DNA of 64,000 bases from Tubulanus polymorphus (GCF_964204645.1 NC_134026.1:19936150-20000149), one strand, 5' to 3'. Counted from the first letter of the stretch, positions 14,704-29,366 are shown. Made by a program: numbers and translations. Notes: generated by a model from the letters alone, not told the origin.

Positions 14704-15876
14704 GGTTCAGCCCCTACCAATGTATAAAGTTAGAAAGCAAGCGAATCCCTATTTCGAATTAAAGGAACTTCTTTGATCATGTCCCGGTGACACCTTCATT
14801 TTCGCTGAATGCTTTACTTATTTCTCATTGTCTAACGCGCATTGTTTTGCGTATTTTTTCCGGACTGTTGAGTAAAATGAGTGAAGTCTAGGTTTGTTTT
14901 TATGCAGGTGCAAAACACTTACATGCGGTAACTACAGCTAGAAACAGTGTACGGGATTATCTCCAGGGCCTCGTTCATCACGCTGCAGACAATCCAGTTG
15001 ATATCAAGTTTCATCATTTCTCTCTATACTGATACCGTTGAATTTGATATAAACTCTTACCGCACTTCTTCAGAAATTAGGCTAGACCAGTTTTAGATTT
15101 AACCCTGCTACTTAGGCATAGTTAACCAGTCTCGGCGCCAGATTCTAGCTTTCGATATGAGAATACCCTAATATAAGTTAAGCCTATTTTGTTGCCTCTG
15201 GAATCATTGAAATGTCTTACATCGTAGCTTGTTATTATTTTTCGAGACTGTATTTCCTTCACCGTCCTTGAAGTTATCATTTTTGGAGAAGTCAAATGAT
15301 TACTCCGAGCAGTACTTTTGGAGAAGTCAAATGATTACTCCAAGCACCATCTTAACGTCATTTTCAGCTCTTTCAAGGTATGGCATGCAAGACATGATCT
15401 CGATACTGGCTCAATCTGTCGGCTTTTCGTGATTCAATGATTATGAGTTTCGTGCACAGGCATATGCTGCAAGAATCAAGTGTATTTATCACAACGAGTC
15501 AAATGAGGGTTTGAACTAGCTTATCGTGGCTTTATCAGTATACCACTGCATTGCTGATAGTAAAGGTAATGATACGCTAAGACCTCATTTCCTTGATCTC
15601 TGATGCAGGTAATAAGCTGCAGCCTTGAACTATATACCCCTCTAACCATTGTAGGGTACAAGCCGTGGCCAAATTTGGCCCAGAACAACTGTTCACACGG
15701 GGCCTTATTGGGCTCATACCTGTTTGCGGGTAAATTGCAACTGGTTCTGAAAGTGATTCCACTTTGCTTTGTTTAAGCATTGTTTAGTATCAAGTGAGTG
15801 GTTTACGTGTGAACGCACTTTCTAATCAGGCATGGGCCAAATTTGACTGGGGCCTGTTCTGTGCCAATTTGGCCCT

Positions 15877-16044
15877 GTGTCATAGAATCAGATGCCCCCG
15901 CCCCCATGTCGGATGCCCCCAACAATAGATTAACAGAATTAGTGAAGAGTCATAATGGGGCTGTAGACTCTAACCCTAACCCTTAATCCTGGGATCTATT
16001 GTAAAGGGGGCATGAATAACGGGAGGCGTGTCATTCTATGACAC
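15877..16044. mobile_element. Small TIR element with internal telomere-like CCCTAA units, nested in a family A MITE
   Basis: GTGTCATAGAAT ... ATTCTATGACAC; CTAACCCTAACCCTTAATCCT at ~15970-15990. Confidence 0.6.
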
Positions 16045-18243
16045 CGAGCAAAATCATCTCCGCGTGATCGCGGCGATAGTCTGTGCGATCGCCTTTTGAT
16101 AGTGCGATGATGTCTGGTGTCTTGTGTTCGTAATATAGTCGTTAATTTTCGATGAGAAAAGCTTGCGAAAAGTCGACGATGAAAATTGAGTAAAGGACCG
16201 ATGAAAAGAGGAAAATATTGTAAAAAGCTCTCGTTATTAAGAGCGCCTAATCGATCGAATCGGAACTGCTATTAATTCTGAACGAACAGAAGTCTGTTCT
16301 CGATAATACGTGCCCGATCTTTTGAATCTGCCGTATGATACTTATGCGGATCGTCAAACAGCACGTAATCTCGCGATCGGCGGTGCGTCGTCGCGCGTGC
16401 ATCCTTTCTCTTAATTAAGTCATCTGCTTACGTTATTACCGTGTAAACTCGCTTTATTACGAGAATTTCAGCGCTCGCCGAGCTAAATATTCGCTGTCAT
16501 CGTCAGTCGGGGTATTCCCATGGCTTCGAGCATCGCCCGTTTCGAACAATGAACGCGGCATTTGATGTTAATAACATTACCGTGTTGTGCTATAATGCTA
16601 TTTTGTTGTCGCGACGATAAAACGCTGACGATGAACGACATCAGCGGAACTTAATAATAAGTCGGCAGCGCGGACGCGTTTTTCCGTGCGCGTTTTATTT
16701 TCGTCGAAAAAGGCCGTTTGTATGCGCAGCTGTCAAATCGTATTGATGGCCGTCGGTTTTTTTACGCGAAAAGAAACGTGTATGGTAGGGTTTTTCTTCG
16801 TTTTTCGACAAATGCGTAACGGAGATTCGATTGGTGCGCGTGCAACGGGAAATTTTTCTCGTCACCGAAATTAAACGGCTTTCCCGTTCGATTCACCTGC
16901 GCGCGCGCGTGTAAGGCTAAAAAAATAATGCCTTGTTTCTTCTAATCTGTCGGGTCGCTTTTGTAAACTTTTGTAATAAAATTTGTAACCAGTTCATTTC
17001 TATAACTGCCGGCTCTAAAAAATGATACCTTGTTTCTCCTAATTTGCCGGGTCATTTTGTAAACTACAATCGAATTTGTAATCAGTTCATTTCTATAACT
17101 GCCGGGTCTGTTATTGTTATCTTGATCGTGATTTTTGAAGAAAGTAAGGTATAGTGTACTGGCAGATAGGTGGACAGCCGGGTCAACTTTTAAGCTTAGC
17201 AGGATTGAGGGAGCGTCTGCAGTTTAGGTGTCCCTAATAGTTACGTACCAAACCTAGCCATATAAGTCAATTCTTTAATAACACTAGTGCCACACTAAAG
17301 GTGACCTAACCTGCAGTTAGATCACAATGAGAAACGAGGTGTTAGTTTATTTTCGCCTAATAGCATTTTGATTTCGGGGCGTACGAGAGATGATCATTTA
17401 CGGTTAATGAGTTTTCTATCCTTACGTTCTCTCGCGCGCGATTCCCCCCTGAGCCGAGTAGTCATCGGTATAGACAGACGGAAGCCATTGTCAGACGGCT
17501 TTACGCGATATTCGCGACTTAAACCTTTTGTGTACGTCTCAAGTCAATTACACGCGGCGGACATAATTCGATGATATTTCGCGACGTTTTTTTGATTTGA
17601 TTTGCTTGTTTAATTCCGCGCGCGTTTCATCGCGATGGTTAGATAACCCTTAATGTACGACGACGACCGACGACGACGAATGAACGGTAATCAGATCCGC
17701 ACCGGGGCCTAATCCTCCTCCGACTCCATTAGTATAATTGCCGTTCCTCGTATTGTCGTTATTTGTCGAGTCGATAAAAAAGAATGAACGGACGAGCGCG
17801 CGCGCGAGCGGGGAAAGTTTATTTGTCGCCATTGATCGCGAACAAAGAACCCGGCCGTTTTCGACATTTTTGTCGTCGTAATAAGTAACGTCGATTTATT
17901 AATCACGCGCTCGTCGTTCGTCTTCCGATGTACCGATGACAAGCGCTCGCGCGCTTTGTTACGAGGTCGTCGACGGTTACCCGCGCGCGCCGAGCGGTTA
18001 AACTAATTACGCCGCGAAATGCGGCGCTAAAAGTAATTAATTCGTGCTGTAAGGATCAAATAACGTTTCGAATCAGCGCCCGATTGTCGTCGGAGATAAC
18101 CCTCTCAGCGCGCTGCGAGGGTTACGCAATTTACAATGATAATCCTCTAAAAAGTAATGAAAATGCGTAGAAACAATAGGATTTTTTGCCGTTTTGTGTT
18201 TCGTATTGACATATTAGTCGCTCAAAAGTTGGTTAGAGTTAAC

Positions 18244-18256
18244 CATGGACTCCATG
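18244..18256. mobile_element. Minimal P-like footprint
   Basis: AGTTAAC-CATGGACTCCATG-AGTTAAC; empty site visible in a paralogous repeat copy at ~14531-14560. Confidence 0.65.
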
Positions 18257-20353
18257 AGTTAACCAGCGGATAGTTGACATAGTGACAATTAAAAGTTCAT
18301 CGTCACTATATTATCTATGCGCCTGTTATCTTTAACCCTATTTTGTTGATTCCACCTCATTCCGTAGCGTTGGCGCTGGATATTTCACCAAATTGAACGG
18401 ATACGAATTTAAGAATCAATCAAATCGAATGTCATTCCAAAAAATTACAAATATATGGGGCTAGTTTCCAGAAAAAAGGTTTCACTCAATATTTTGGTGT
18501 GATTGCTTATGGTTACTTCATGTTTTCAATGTGGACTACAACTCAAACTAAACCATTTTTAGCTTACACTTTTTCGTGAAACTGGGTCCTGAACAGCGAT
18601 CTACTGATTTGGCCAGTACCAAATTAAGTGAATTAGCATTACTATATTATTAAGTATTACTGATCATTATTAGCCAAAGAAAGTTCATTTTCCAACAACA
18701 TAACCTAACAAGTTGAATATTATTACATCATCATTCAAGTAACATAATATGATAGTATTATTTTTGACGACGAATTCTATTCTAAGCTGGTTTTCTAGTT
18801 TAAGGAGAAGCTGCTTTGATTTTTCGCGTTCGAAGAATAAAGGCCAGCAGTCTTGTGGGTGGAAGAAGAAAAGACTCACTTAAGTCCCTGTAAAGTGCCC
18901 TTGTTTATATTCGTGATTGCGCGGGTCATTAAACCGGGCACTCGCAATATGCCCGCCGCCCCGACTCGATATAATTCGATCGCTATAATTTGTCAACCAT
19001 CCAGCAGCCCGCTACGAGCTAACCGCATAACACATCAGTTTACTCGGATAATCTCGCAGTTAAACCCCGGGACAATGAAGATACTCCGTCTCTTTACCTC
19101 GGTATAGCGCCGTACAGGAGCCGCGGATTGCTCTGATTGGCCGGCTTCCCAGAGACGCTATCAAACGGCAGACCAATTACAGTCAAGTGTCTCAACGATC
19201 AACGTTCTGTTTTGTTCCGTCTCGAAAGGCGGGCTTAACTGAGAAGAAACCGATCGTTGCTTGGCTTACATCGGCCGTGCTTGATTTTCAGCTACCGAAC
19301 GCGACTAAGCTGGATACGATTTCCACCAGTTGTTTCTCTGCTTAGGTCGGCGATCGGTTGTTTCTGTATTCGCTACACTGCAGTTGACACAAGCTGGCTT
19401 TACGATACTCAGTAGGCAATCTTGAAACGTGCTATACCGGGAGGCCGAAGATAATCACCCACCCGCGTATCCAGCTGATAACGCTGAAAGGATTTTCATT
19501 GATAAAACAGGCGCGTTGGAAGCAATGTTTTATTGCTGCGGCCAAACACCAATTTTGGACAGATTCTTAATATTGCTGAGGTGAATTGACTTAATTTCTT
19601 CAAAAACGTGGTATTCAAAGAAAAAAAACGTAGTTCAGTAAATTATTGCCGCGGCTTTCGCTGCTGCTGTCGCCTCTGCTGTCGCTGCACTTCCAACGCC
19701 ACTGTAAAACCAGCGAGCGCTAGAGACACACTGATATAATAGCCGCGATCACACGGAAACGATTTGGCCCAGATCAGGCCCGAATCAAATATGGCTAATT
19801 TAGAGAGGGCGTTCACACGTAAACCGCTTACTTGATTCTAAGCAAAGCTTTAACAAAGTAAAGCGAATCACTTCCGGCAATTCATATGCAATAATTTGAA
19901 CATTCATATTCAATAATTGTGCTCAATTTGAAACATGTAAGCAATATAGCTTTGCTGGGGTGGGGTTTAAATCCACCCCTGATCTATCGATTGTGAGTCG
20001 AATAACCTAACTGCTGGGAAAAGACATGTCACCTGTTCCCAGGGTGGACCTAAAATGGTTTGATTCTCCTTATTCGATTACGGCCGATCAAAGCTTGCCT
20101 GGTATCATCATTCCGGTATTCATATTTCAAAGGTTTTACTAGCGTTCGCGCATGCATGCACATACACATCCCTAGGAAATCGCTCGTTTATCGGAAAAGA
20201 AATCATTGACAAAGAAACAGTCGCTCGTCAGATCGTATTTCTCGGTACTTTGTAATTATCAGAAATTTCTGTGTTTGATTCATTCGATACGCCATTCATG
20301 AAAATCAGTTTGATCTACGTTTAAATGGTGGCTATTAATTCAATATACATATG

Positions 20354-20354
<1 letters not shown>

Positions 20355-20437
<83 letters not shown>
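20355..20437. repeat. (TA)n microsatellite
   Basis: ~41 perfect TA units. Confidence 0.98.
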
Positions 20438-20441
<4 letters not shown>

Positions 20442-23400
20442 ATATTTTCCCGCTTCCCGCCATTTGTAGATTTTAATGTGTGAACGTGTGTATGACTGAT
20501 GAGTATATGTTTTTTTGAATGCGTGTGAGGGATAGGTGTCTCAAGCAACTTTGCTTTAAATGAGCACCTACCACTGACATTGGAACATCCTTTATGAATA
20601 TAAAATTTTCTACAATTGCTTGCGGAAATAAACTATAAATCTATCTATCCATCCATCCATCTATCTATCTATACGAGATGTTGAATACCGAAATTGATTT
20701 CATAAGAAATCTTGGGAAAATACGATTTTAACTTGAGCAACAACACGATACGCGAAATGCAGCGATTGCGAAATATGGCGGTGGAACCTCGGATGATGCT
20801 TGTGTCAGCAAATGTTTTCTTACTAACTGTGCTTGAGGCGAATAGAAAAATTGATACGATCTGCAGCAACGAAACAATCTCCCGGTGACTTTTAATAACG
20901 AACGATTCCCCGCTGCGAGTGCAATTTTTCAAAGCAATCGTTTAATACGTTTTAAAAGCGGTATGTGTACAAATACTTAGAAAAAGCTGATTTCTTTATT
21001 CGCCTGGTTGCTTAGTAATGGTATGTAACCCCGGCGTGTTATCCATTCTCTTACCAACGCGCGCAGTAGCGCTTCGAGCTACTAACGATTCTGCACTGTT
21101 CCTAACCTCGCAAAAATTCGTTTATATGGGATCGATTGATTTTGAATGTTCTGGAAAAATTTCTCGCTTTTTTTCCAACAGTTTATGTGATGGTTCCGCG
21201 TGCGGTGGCAAAATCTTAGATTTTATGCATGTCTTAATTTAGAAATTTCCATCATCCGTACATTTTTCTGCTGATTTTACACTGATTTTAGCTTTTTGCA
21301 ATCCATTTTATAAGTAATAATCGAGAAGTTATTTGTCATCTTAGATAAAGCAAAGATTTTTGTCGGAATTCGGGATAGGGGTTATAAATTTCTTGGAACG
21401 CCTTTGACATTTGAAGACGTATTTCACAGCTTGTTGAAGAATAGAATTTGCAAATGGTAAATGGAAATTGGGAGAGGGCAAAATGAATTTGACTGGTGAT
21501 GGGAAACGTGGTAATTTTATGACCTTTAAGATAACAAGATGGCAGTGATTGTGATTATCAGTGACCTACTCGTCGTCGCAGATTGGTTATTTCATTTCTT
21601 GTATAGCTTCTCTGACCAAAACTCGCACAAAAACAAGCGTTTCAGTAAACTGTGGAGCGATCTACTCCGAAGTGCTTCGCCCAAAAGAGCATTTCTGTTT
21701 CATGTTGTTGCTGTGTGCGCTGACCATAAGAGTGAACACATTCTAATTGACGAAGTCTACCGGTTTCATACGGATATCAGGTGTCATCCAGATTGATTTT
21801 CATGCTTCACTTTCTACCTTAATGGTGAGGTCGTGTTACTATTAGTTGCGGCGATTTCATATGATACGGGAGTGTCCAGAAGTTCACTGCTATCAAATAA
21901 TATTTCGATTACAAGCAGAGGTTGTTTGTCTAATTAATCAATTTATCATAACTGTTATGAGCGATTAAGCTGAAATTTTCCTGATCCATTTCAAATGTCA
22001 TCAGTATTCATGATGACTGCAAAATTATAGTAACGTGATTTTGAGCCCATTGAAAATATTCTTTGAATATCAAAGGATACTTGAATTTTTTACTTCAGGC
22101 CTTTTTTGATTATTTATAGTACGGATCCGCCACCCAGAATTCCGCCAAAAACATTTTTTCCAAAAACATTGTTAATCATTATCAGTTATTTTTATCTTAA
22201 TTTTGTTGACCTCATTATTTGTAAAAAGTTTAGTTTTCTTCATTTCTTTCATCATTTGAATTCAATTCAACACAATTTATGTTCCATTTTATTTCTTCGG
22301 TAGTCCTGCTTTTAAGCGGAAAATACTTGAATGATTAAAAGTTTTTCCTTCACCCTTCAATTCTTTAAAGAAAGTAATATCTGTATTCCAAATAGTAAAA
22401 GAACGGTCTAATGGACCCTTTGAAAATGAAATAGAGTCCCCCAAGACACCCTCTAGCAGCATCGTGCCCTTGCATTCCCAATGACAGGTGGCAGTTCAAA
22501 TTCTGCCCATATCCGCCATCATCAAATCATAATAATGATTTTTCACTGATTGACGATCGACGTCAATGAATGAAACCGACTGGCGAAGATTCACAATCGA
22601 TTGGCATGTCATGGGTGAGAACCAGGTGTCAGAGAAGCGCTAGCAATGTATCGAATTGAATTGCTTGTCCGACAGATTTTCCAGACAATACCCACGTCTG
22701 ACTCTCACCATCGGCTACGTTATTTGCTTTTCTAATTAAGCATTCATCTCACACCGAAACACCTCGATTGTCAGATTATCTGTTGTAGTCGTCGCGCAAT
22801 TCCCGGTTAAAACGTCGCTAAACACAAAGGGATCTTGTTAATAATATATGAGATCGGCGTGTTAAATCAATTTGTCGCATCCGTTGTATCGAATTGGTTA
22901 AATCGTTAAATCATTTATGCGTTCTTATTTCTTTCGAGACGATGAAGATGTTATCGTATTTGTATTCATTTGCAGATGTGAGGTAGAGATGAGCGAGATG
23001 ACAAGATCAGATGAGAGAGGTTGTTTAGATGTAGTTGTTCCTTTTTCTGGATAATGAGTATGGACAACATTGAGCAGGCAAGTGCTAGAGGCTCGCAATA
23101 GAGGTTAAGCTGAATAAACCATTGATTTTGTAATTGCCCTTCATGTGACTAGCTGTGTGCGTGCTTGATTGTTCAGATGTGTATTCCGATAAAAGTTAAG
23201 CTCTAATTTGAGATTCATTTGCGCCCTAACTGAAGCACCTCAAAACGCACCGAAGCACTTCAGTTAACTTGAAATGATGATTCGAAAAAACGTTGACAAT
23301 AATGATTTTAGATCATTGTGGGGATTTGTATTTGCGCACTTCGAGTGTCAAACTTAGTATTCGATAAAAGTATTCAATTGGCATAAAGCCACGATCACGC

Positions 23401-24380
23401 AGAGATGATTTTGATCCAAAGTCAAAAACAAATGCCTTTTAAGAGAGCACATTCACACGTAAACCACTCTCTATACTCAACAACGCTCAAAGATTAAGTA
23501 GTGCTTAATGTATCCAAATGCCTATTATGATCTTATTCAATAGTTTACTAACCCAGATACCAGTAAAAAATGTTATTTTTTCTATAAAACCTGAACTTGA
23601 ATTGATATATGGGTTTTAAGAATAAATAGCACGTGCATGAATTTTTCAGAGCGCACACTTACTTATTGTTGTGCGTGTGATGTCACAGGGATGAATACAC
23701 CTTAAATGTACACGCATTATCAGTGTAAGCATTATTGGGTTTTTCTCTAATCATACTCTATACAAATGTCAATTTCTATAAAAACAACAGTTTTACTTTA
23801 TAAGAACGGAAAGTAAGGGTAAAGGATGTGCTGAGAAACAATATTAATCTATAAAAGAGCAGTTTTGTTTACATAAAACGCTGCAGATTTTGTATACTTG
23901 AAATAACTTAATTTGTGCTCAATGCCAACTGAATTCATGTCTAACCATTGGTATTATCATTATTTTCATCATATCAGTGATCATTTAGATACAATCGAGG
24001 TATAAGCGCAGTGCGCCACTACCGGAATCAGTAGCAATTCACGCACAATAATCTGGCCCAGGCTTAGGTTGGGCTTGGGTCTGGTCTAATGTCGTTGCTC
24101 AGGCCAAACAGGCACGGGCTCATTTGGCACCTGTGTTATTCTTGGTCGAATTTGAGTATGGGCCAAATATGACTCGTGTGACCGCGGCTATATAATCATG
24201 ATACTTGAATTACAATCGAATAGAATCAATTCATTTTAATGCCATCTTTTTTAATGCTACTGCTCACTTAAGGCCAACATTTTCCAGAGAACAAATTGTC
24301 TCAAATTCAATTGAAATACATGTAAGATCCCAGGATCCTCCATTGATTTAATATACATATGTATTAGTAAGGTTCCTAAT

Positions 24381-24557
24381 GGTTGTCATTGCCGGGTTGT
24401 GGTAGTGGAAATAAGCGCCCACTTCCTACAAAATGCTCCCATACAGCAGGCGTCTCAAACAGCCTCTGACAACCAAGTCCGACTCCTGGCCTGCTCGTAT
24501 GGCTTATTCTGTAAGCCGGGCGGAACTGCTTTTACTAACAGGAGAAGGCGAAAGGCG
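24381..24557 (+). ncRNA. Candidate HDV-like ribozyme at the RTE 5' end
   Basis: P1 GGTTGTCA/TGACAACC (24381-24388/24467-24474), P2 CGTCT/AGGCG (24451-24455/24553-24557), P4 CTCCTG/CAGGAG (24483-24488/24539-24544), J4/2 CGAA (24549-24552); P3/L3 non-canonical. Confidence 0.35.
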
Positions 24558-25378
24558 AGTCTCTGGCGCCTCAAAACCAGCAGCTTGAGGTAGGTGGGGC
24601 TCCTCAGCCCAGAAAGGCAATTCACCTAGGGGAAGGAAAACCCTGAGTCCAAACCCCCACTGCCTTGTGGGATACCCGGTCTCGGGAAAGGCTTCGGGAG
24701 TCAACCCTGAGGAAAAACTGCGACTTCGTTTGAGCAACCAATTGTAAATGCCTTGCGTTTCCATTGGTTTTAGGCCTATTTCAGCGAAGTGGAGAGACAG
24801 GAGTTGCTGCATGGGTAACAGCTTCTCCCCCAGTGATACCTCATTAGGCCTATTACAAACTGGACAGTGACATCGCCTGGCGATGCTCATGGTTTCACTG
24901 AAAACATTTACCCAGCCTCGTGCACTTTATCATATTGTGCACGATCCATTGTCGGTAAATTCTGACTGGATACTATATTTCTCTAGTAACACTATATAAG
25001 TCTCACTATCAACATTAAACAGCAGTAGTGGAGACAAGTGTCCACTTTTTATGCGATGTTCCCATATTGCACGTGTTTCAAACAGCCAAGTGGAACTGAG
25101 GACTAGTTGCGGGTATCAACTTCTCCTCCATATTTATTTACCCAGACACTGGAGAGGACACTCCAGCTTCGCTCTGTAGCGTTGACTCAACACGGGAAGC
25201 AGCAGTTAACCGGTTCTAAGTCATCTGCTCAATTGGCGTAGAGTGTGACGCCAGGGGCTGCTTTTGGCGGTGGGAGGGGTCATCGCGCTCCATTGGGCAG
25301 CTACCGCCCGCCTCAAGCTGGGCAAACCCCAGCCAGTTAGGTGCTACCTCGCCACGGTCCGTTAACCTCACTGGGTGC

Positions 25379-28300
25379 GTGGGGTTTAGGGTGAAAACCG
25401 ACAGACGGTTCGTGTTCAACTGTGCACCAAGCAACTACAAGAAGAAACATTTAAAAAAACAGAAAACTGTTGCCCTTAAATTGGGCACATGGAATGTCAG
25501 GACATTGTCACCAAGTCTCCATGAAAATCTGCAAAAGACAGCAGTCATCGACTTCGAACTGAGCAGACTGCAGATGGACATTGTCGCTCTCCAGGTGACC
25601 AGGCTTCAAGGCTACGAACCTGTGAGAGAAGAAAACTTCACTTTCTACTGGCATTAAAAAGAACCAGAAGATAAGACCACGGAACATGGAGTGGCATTCG
25701 CCATCAAGAACATACTGGCGGATTCTATATCCTTGCGACGAGAGGGAACTGAACAAATTTTATGGCTCCAACACCATACCTCAGTAGGATTAGTTAACCT
25801 AATCAATGTATACGCACCAACCATTGCTTCCTCAGCAGAGGTGAAAAACAAATTCCATGATGACCTATCTAACATCATTGCCAGAATTTCAGTGAAGGAT
25901 CCATTATTCATCCTTGGTAACTTCAATGCCAGAGTTGGTGCTGACAACAACTCGTGGCCCACTTGTTTGGGTAAGTTTGGCCTAGGCAAGGCAAATGAAT
26001 ATGGGCAACGCCTGCTAGAACTCTGCTGCAACCATGAACTCTGTGTCACCAACACGTTCTTTGATGTGAAACCCCAACACAAAGGCACTTGGTGGCATCC
26101 CAGGTCCAAACGCTGGCACTAGCTGGACCTGATTCTCACCAGGTTCACTAGCTTATCAAGTGTCAAGATCACGCGTAGTTTTCAGAGTGCTGACTGTGAT
26201 ACCGACCATTCTTTAGTAGGCAGTATGGTCGAGCTCCAAGCAAAGAGAAAATACTTCTTGAAAAAGGAGGGCAGACCTTGTATTGACACTGGGGGGATCC
26301 ACAACCAGGAGAAAGTGAACCAATTTGAACATGTACTTAAACAAGCTCTCTCTTACCCAGTTGGTGCCAGTTCCTGTGAAAGATTAAAACACATTAGCGA
26401 TGCTGTGTATAATTCTGCCTTATCCACTTTTGGTAAAAAGACCTATAAGTCAGCAGACTGGTTTGAGGCCCATTCTACAGAAATGACCCCCATCGTAAAA
26501 GAGAAAAGAAATACCTTGGCTACCTATAAAGCATACCCAAGCCTGCAAAACCTGCAAAAGCTACGGTCTGCCCGGAACAAAGTCCAGCGGAGTGCTAGGC
26601 AATGTTCTAACAAGTACTGGCGGGAGCTCTGCGGTAAAATACAAGAAGCAGCTGACAGAAGCAAGATCTAGCAAATGTATGATGGTATCAAGCAAGCCTT
26701 CAGCCCAATGCATAAGAAAACTGCTCTCCTGAAGTCTCCTGCAGATAAGGCGATTCAGAGGTTGGTTGAGCATTACACCAAACTATATTCCAGGGAGAAC
26801 ATGGTCTCAGAAGAAGCCCTGAATTCGATCAACTCTCGACCTGTGTTAATGGAAGAGCTGGACACAGAGCCAACTCTTGATGAACTCAGTAAGGCCTTGG
26901 ATACCCTTACTAATGGAAAAGCTCCCGGAAAAGATGGCATCCCCGCTGAGGTACTAAAGTGCTGCAAAAAGGCCTTACTTTCTGAACTCCATGTTCTCTT
27001 GTGCCTATGCTGGAGAGAAGGTGAGGTGCCACAAGACATGAAAGATACCAACATCATCAGACTGTATAAAAAGGGGGACAGGAAGGACTGCAACAACTTC
27101 CGTGGCATCTTTCTCCCCAGTATTGTTGGTAAGTTATTCACTCGTGTCATTCTCAAGAAATTGCAAGTACTATCTGAGAGAGTCTATCCAGAATCTCAGT
27201 ACGGGTTCAGAGCAAACAGATCCCCCATTGATATGGTCTTCTCTCTCAGACAGCTGCAGGAGAAATGCAGGGAACAGGGACAGCCACTATACATCGCCTT
27301 TTTAGATCTGACAAATGCGTTCGAGCATTTGAACAGGGATGCATTGTTTAGGATTCTCCTAAAGATTGGATGTCCACCAAAACTCCTTACCATCATCAGA
27401 TCTTTCTATTCAAATATGCAGGGCACACTAGTCTCTGAAGGCCTGACCATCAACATCCAGTGTGGAGTGAACCAAGGCTGCATCTTGGCACCAACCTTGT
27501 TCGGGATCTTCTTTTCAGTTATGCTGGAACGTGCTTTTCCATCTGGCACTAAAGGGATCTACCTCAGGTCTAGGTCAGATGGAAAACTTTTCAACCTCTC
27601 CAGACTAAGAGCTAAGTCCAAGGTCCGACTGAAGTGCATTCGTGACCTCCTGTATGCAGACGATGCAGTAGTTGTTGCCCACTCAAATGAAGACCTCCAA
27701 CAACTTATTACAAGCTTCAACAATGCCTGTGATGATTTCGGACTTACCATCAACTTGAAGAAAACAAAGATCATGGGTCAAAATGTAGATTCTCCCCCAA
27801 ACATTAGCATCTCGAACGATCAACTGGCTGTTGTCCACAACTTTGTATATCTTGGCTCAAAAATCTCGGACACTCTATCACTTGATGGTGAGGTCGAGAG
27901 ACGTATTGGAAGAGCAGCTACCGCCATGGCGAGGCTGACAAAAAAAGTGTGGGCGAACAACAAGTTGACTATCAACACCAAGATTCAGGTCTATGAAGCA
28001 TGCGTTTTGATAAACCTCTTATATGGCAGCCAGTCTTGGACCCTTTATGCACGTCAGGAAAGAAAACTAAATGCATTTCACTTACGATGTCGTCGACGCA
28101 TCCTGAAAATCACTTGGCAGGATAAAGTTACAAACTACAGCATCCTAGAACTGGAATCCCCAGCATGTACACGCTGCTGAAAAAAAACGAATGCGCTGGC
28201 TTGGGCATCTACGGCGAATGGATGATGACAGGATCCCCAAGGACCTCCTCTATGGGGAGCTGTCAGAGGGAAAACGTCCACCCGGCAGACCACGATTACG

Positions 28301-28466
28301 ATTACGTTTCAAAGATGTTTGCAAAAAGGACCTAAAAGCCATGAATATCGACCTCACCCATTTGGAATCCTTGGCCATGGATCGTTCGACCTGGAGGTGC
28401 GAGATACATGAAGGTCTTTCCAGATACGAAGAATCACTTGCACTGCAGTCTGAGATGAAGAGATAG
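25379..28466 (+). pseudogene. Disrupted single APE-RT ORF of the RTE element
   Basis: ORFs 25379, 25691, 26225 and 26675 share one frame, broken by stops at 25655, 26120 and 26669; frameshift near 28150-28190. Confidence 0.9.
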
Positions 28467-29366
28467 AAGTGGAAAGCCTACCACTAAGGCAAACCACCTT
28501 CATACTTTTTCTGCAGGCTGCGCGGTTACGTCGGCCATTCTCTGATAAAAAAGGATATGACCAATTACGAGTTGAATCGTTCAATAAGCAGCTCTAAAAC
28601 ATTTGAAATTAACAATAACAAGCTGTATTATCATCATTAGCAATGCATTAAGCTGCTTAATTGATATTATTGAAGAAAGTAGTATTAGCGTCGATCAGGC
28701 TGTGTGGCCAGCAGATGCCTCGCCTTTGTTCTGGAGCCGATCCACTGTCGATGCTCGCGATGTCGTCGTCCTCGATGGCGATGGGGTCTTTGTGCGTCGA
28801 CGAAACAATACACGCAACAATCGATAAACACCGGAAAGATACCGGCTAAGTCGACGACGGAATGGCTCTGTATCGACCGTTCGCTCGGGTGATAAGATGA
28901 TTCTATTCACCGCCGCGCGCGGAGTAATTAAAACCCTTTCGTCGATGATGTTTCTCTTGTGTCGCGGCGACGGTGAAATTCAATCGCACTGCTCTCTTTC
29001 CTCGGCGCTTTACCTGGCCATAATTATTCAGTGATCGTTCGTGCGTGCGTGAATACTTCTCGTTCGGTCGCAATGTGTGTGTTGTCATTAGTTTTAAACT
29101 TATCGATTTGTCGTCATGTCAGGACTTGTCATCTTTCGTTACGCGTTTGACTCGAGAGAACTATTACGTTTTTCGCTTTGTTATGGACTACTTCGCATTA
29201 ATTCAAGCGAGATTGTCGCTGACAATTTTTTATCTTAAGTCAAATCATATGAGACTACGATTCCACTATGAAAATTGATTATTCGGATGGAAAATAATGC
29301 GTGGATAAATTTGAAATCAGTGCTATGCATATACGTCAAGCTGTATAACCACTGGTTAGGTGGACT

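Larger units (their letters stand above)
24381..28510 (+). mobile_element. RTE-clade non-LTR retrotransposon (BovB/RTE-like), decayed, apparently 3'-truncated
   Basis: APE endonuclease motifs (GTWNVRTL, VYAPT, LGNFNARVG, HPRSKRWH, DCDTDH), RT motifs (KAPGKDGIP, QYGFR, QGCILAPTLF, LYADD, FVYLGS), C-terminal RWLGHLRRM...RIPKDLLYGEL; ~1 kb 5'UTR; no TSD found. Confidence 0.93.

Noticed and set aside
15970-15990. Interstitial telomere
   Set aside because: Only about three degenerate units, internal to a TIR element
20354-20548. (IY)n ORF
   Set aside because: Translation of the (TA)n microsatellite
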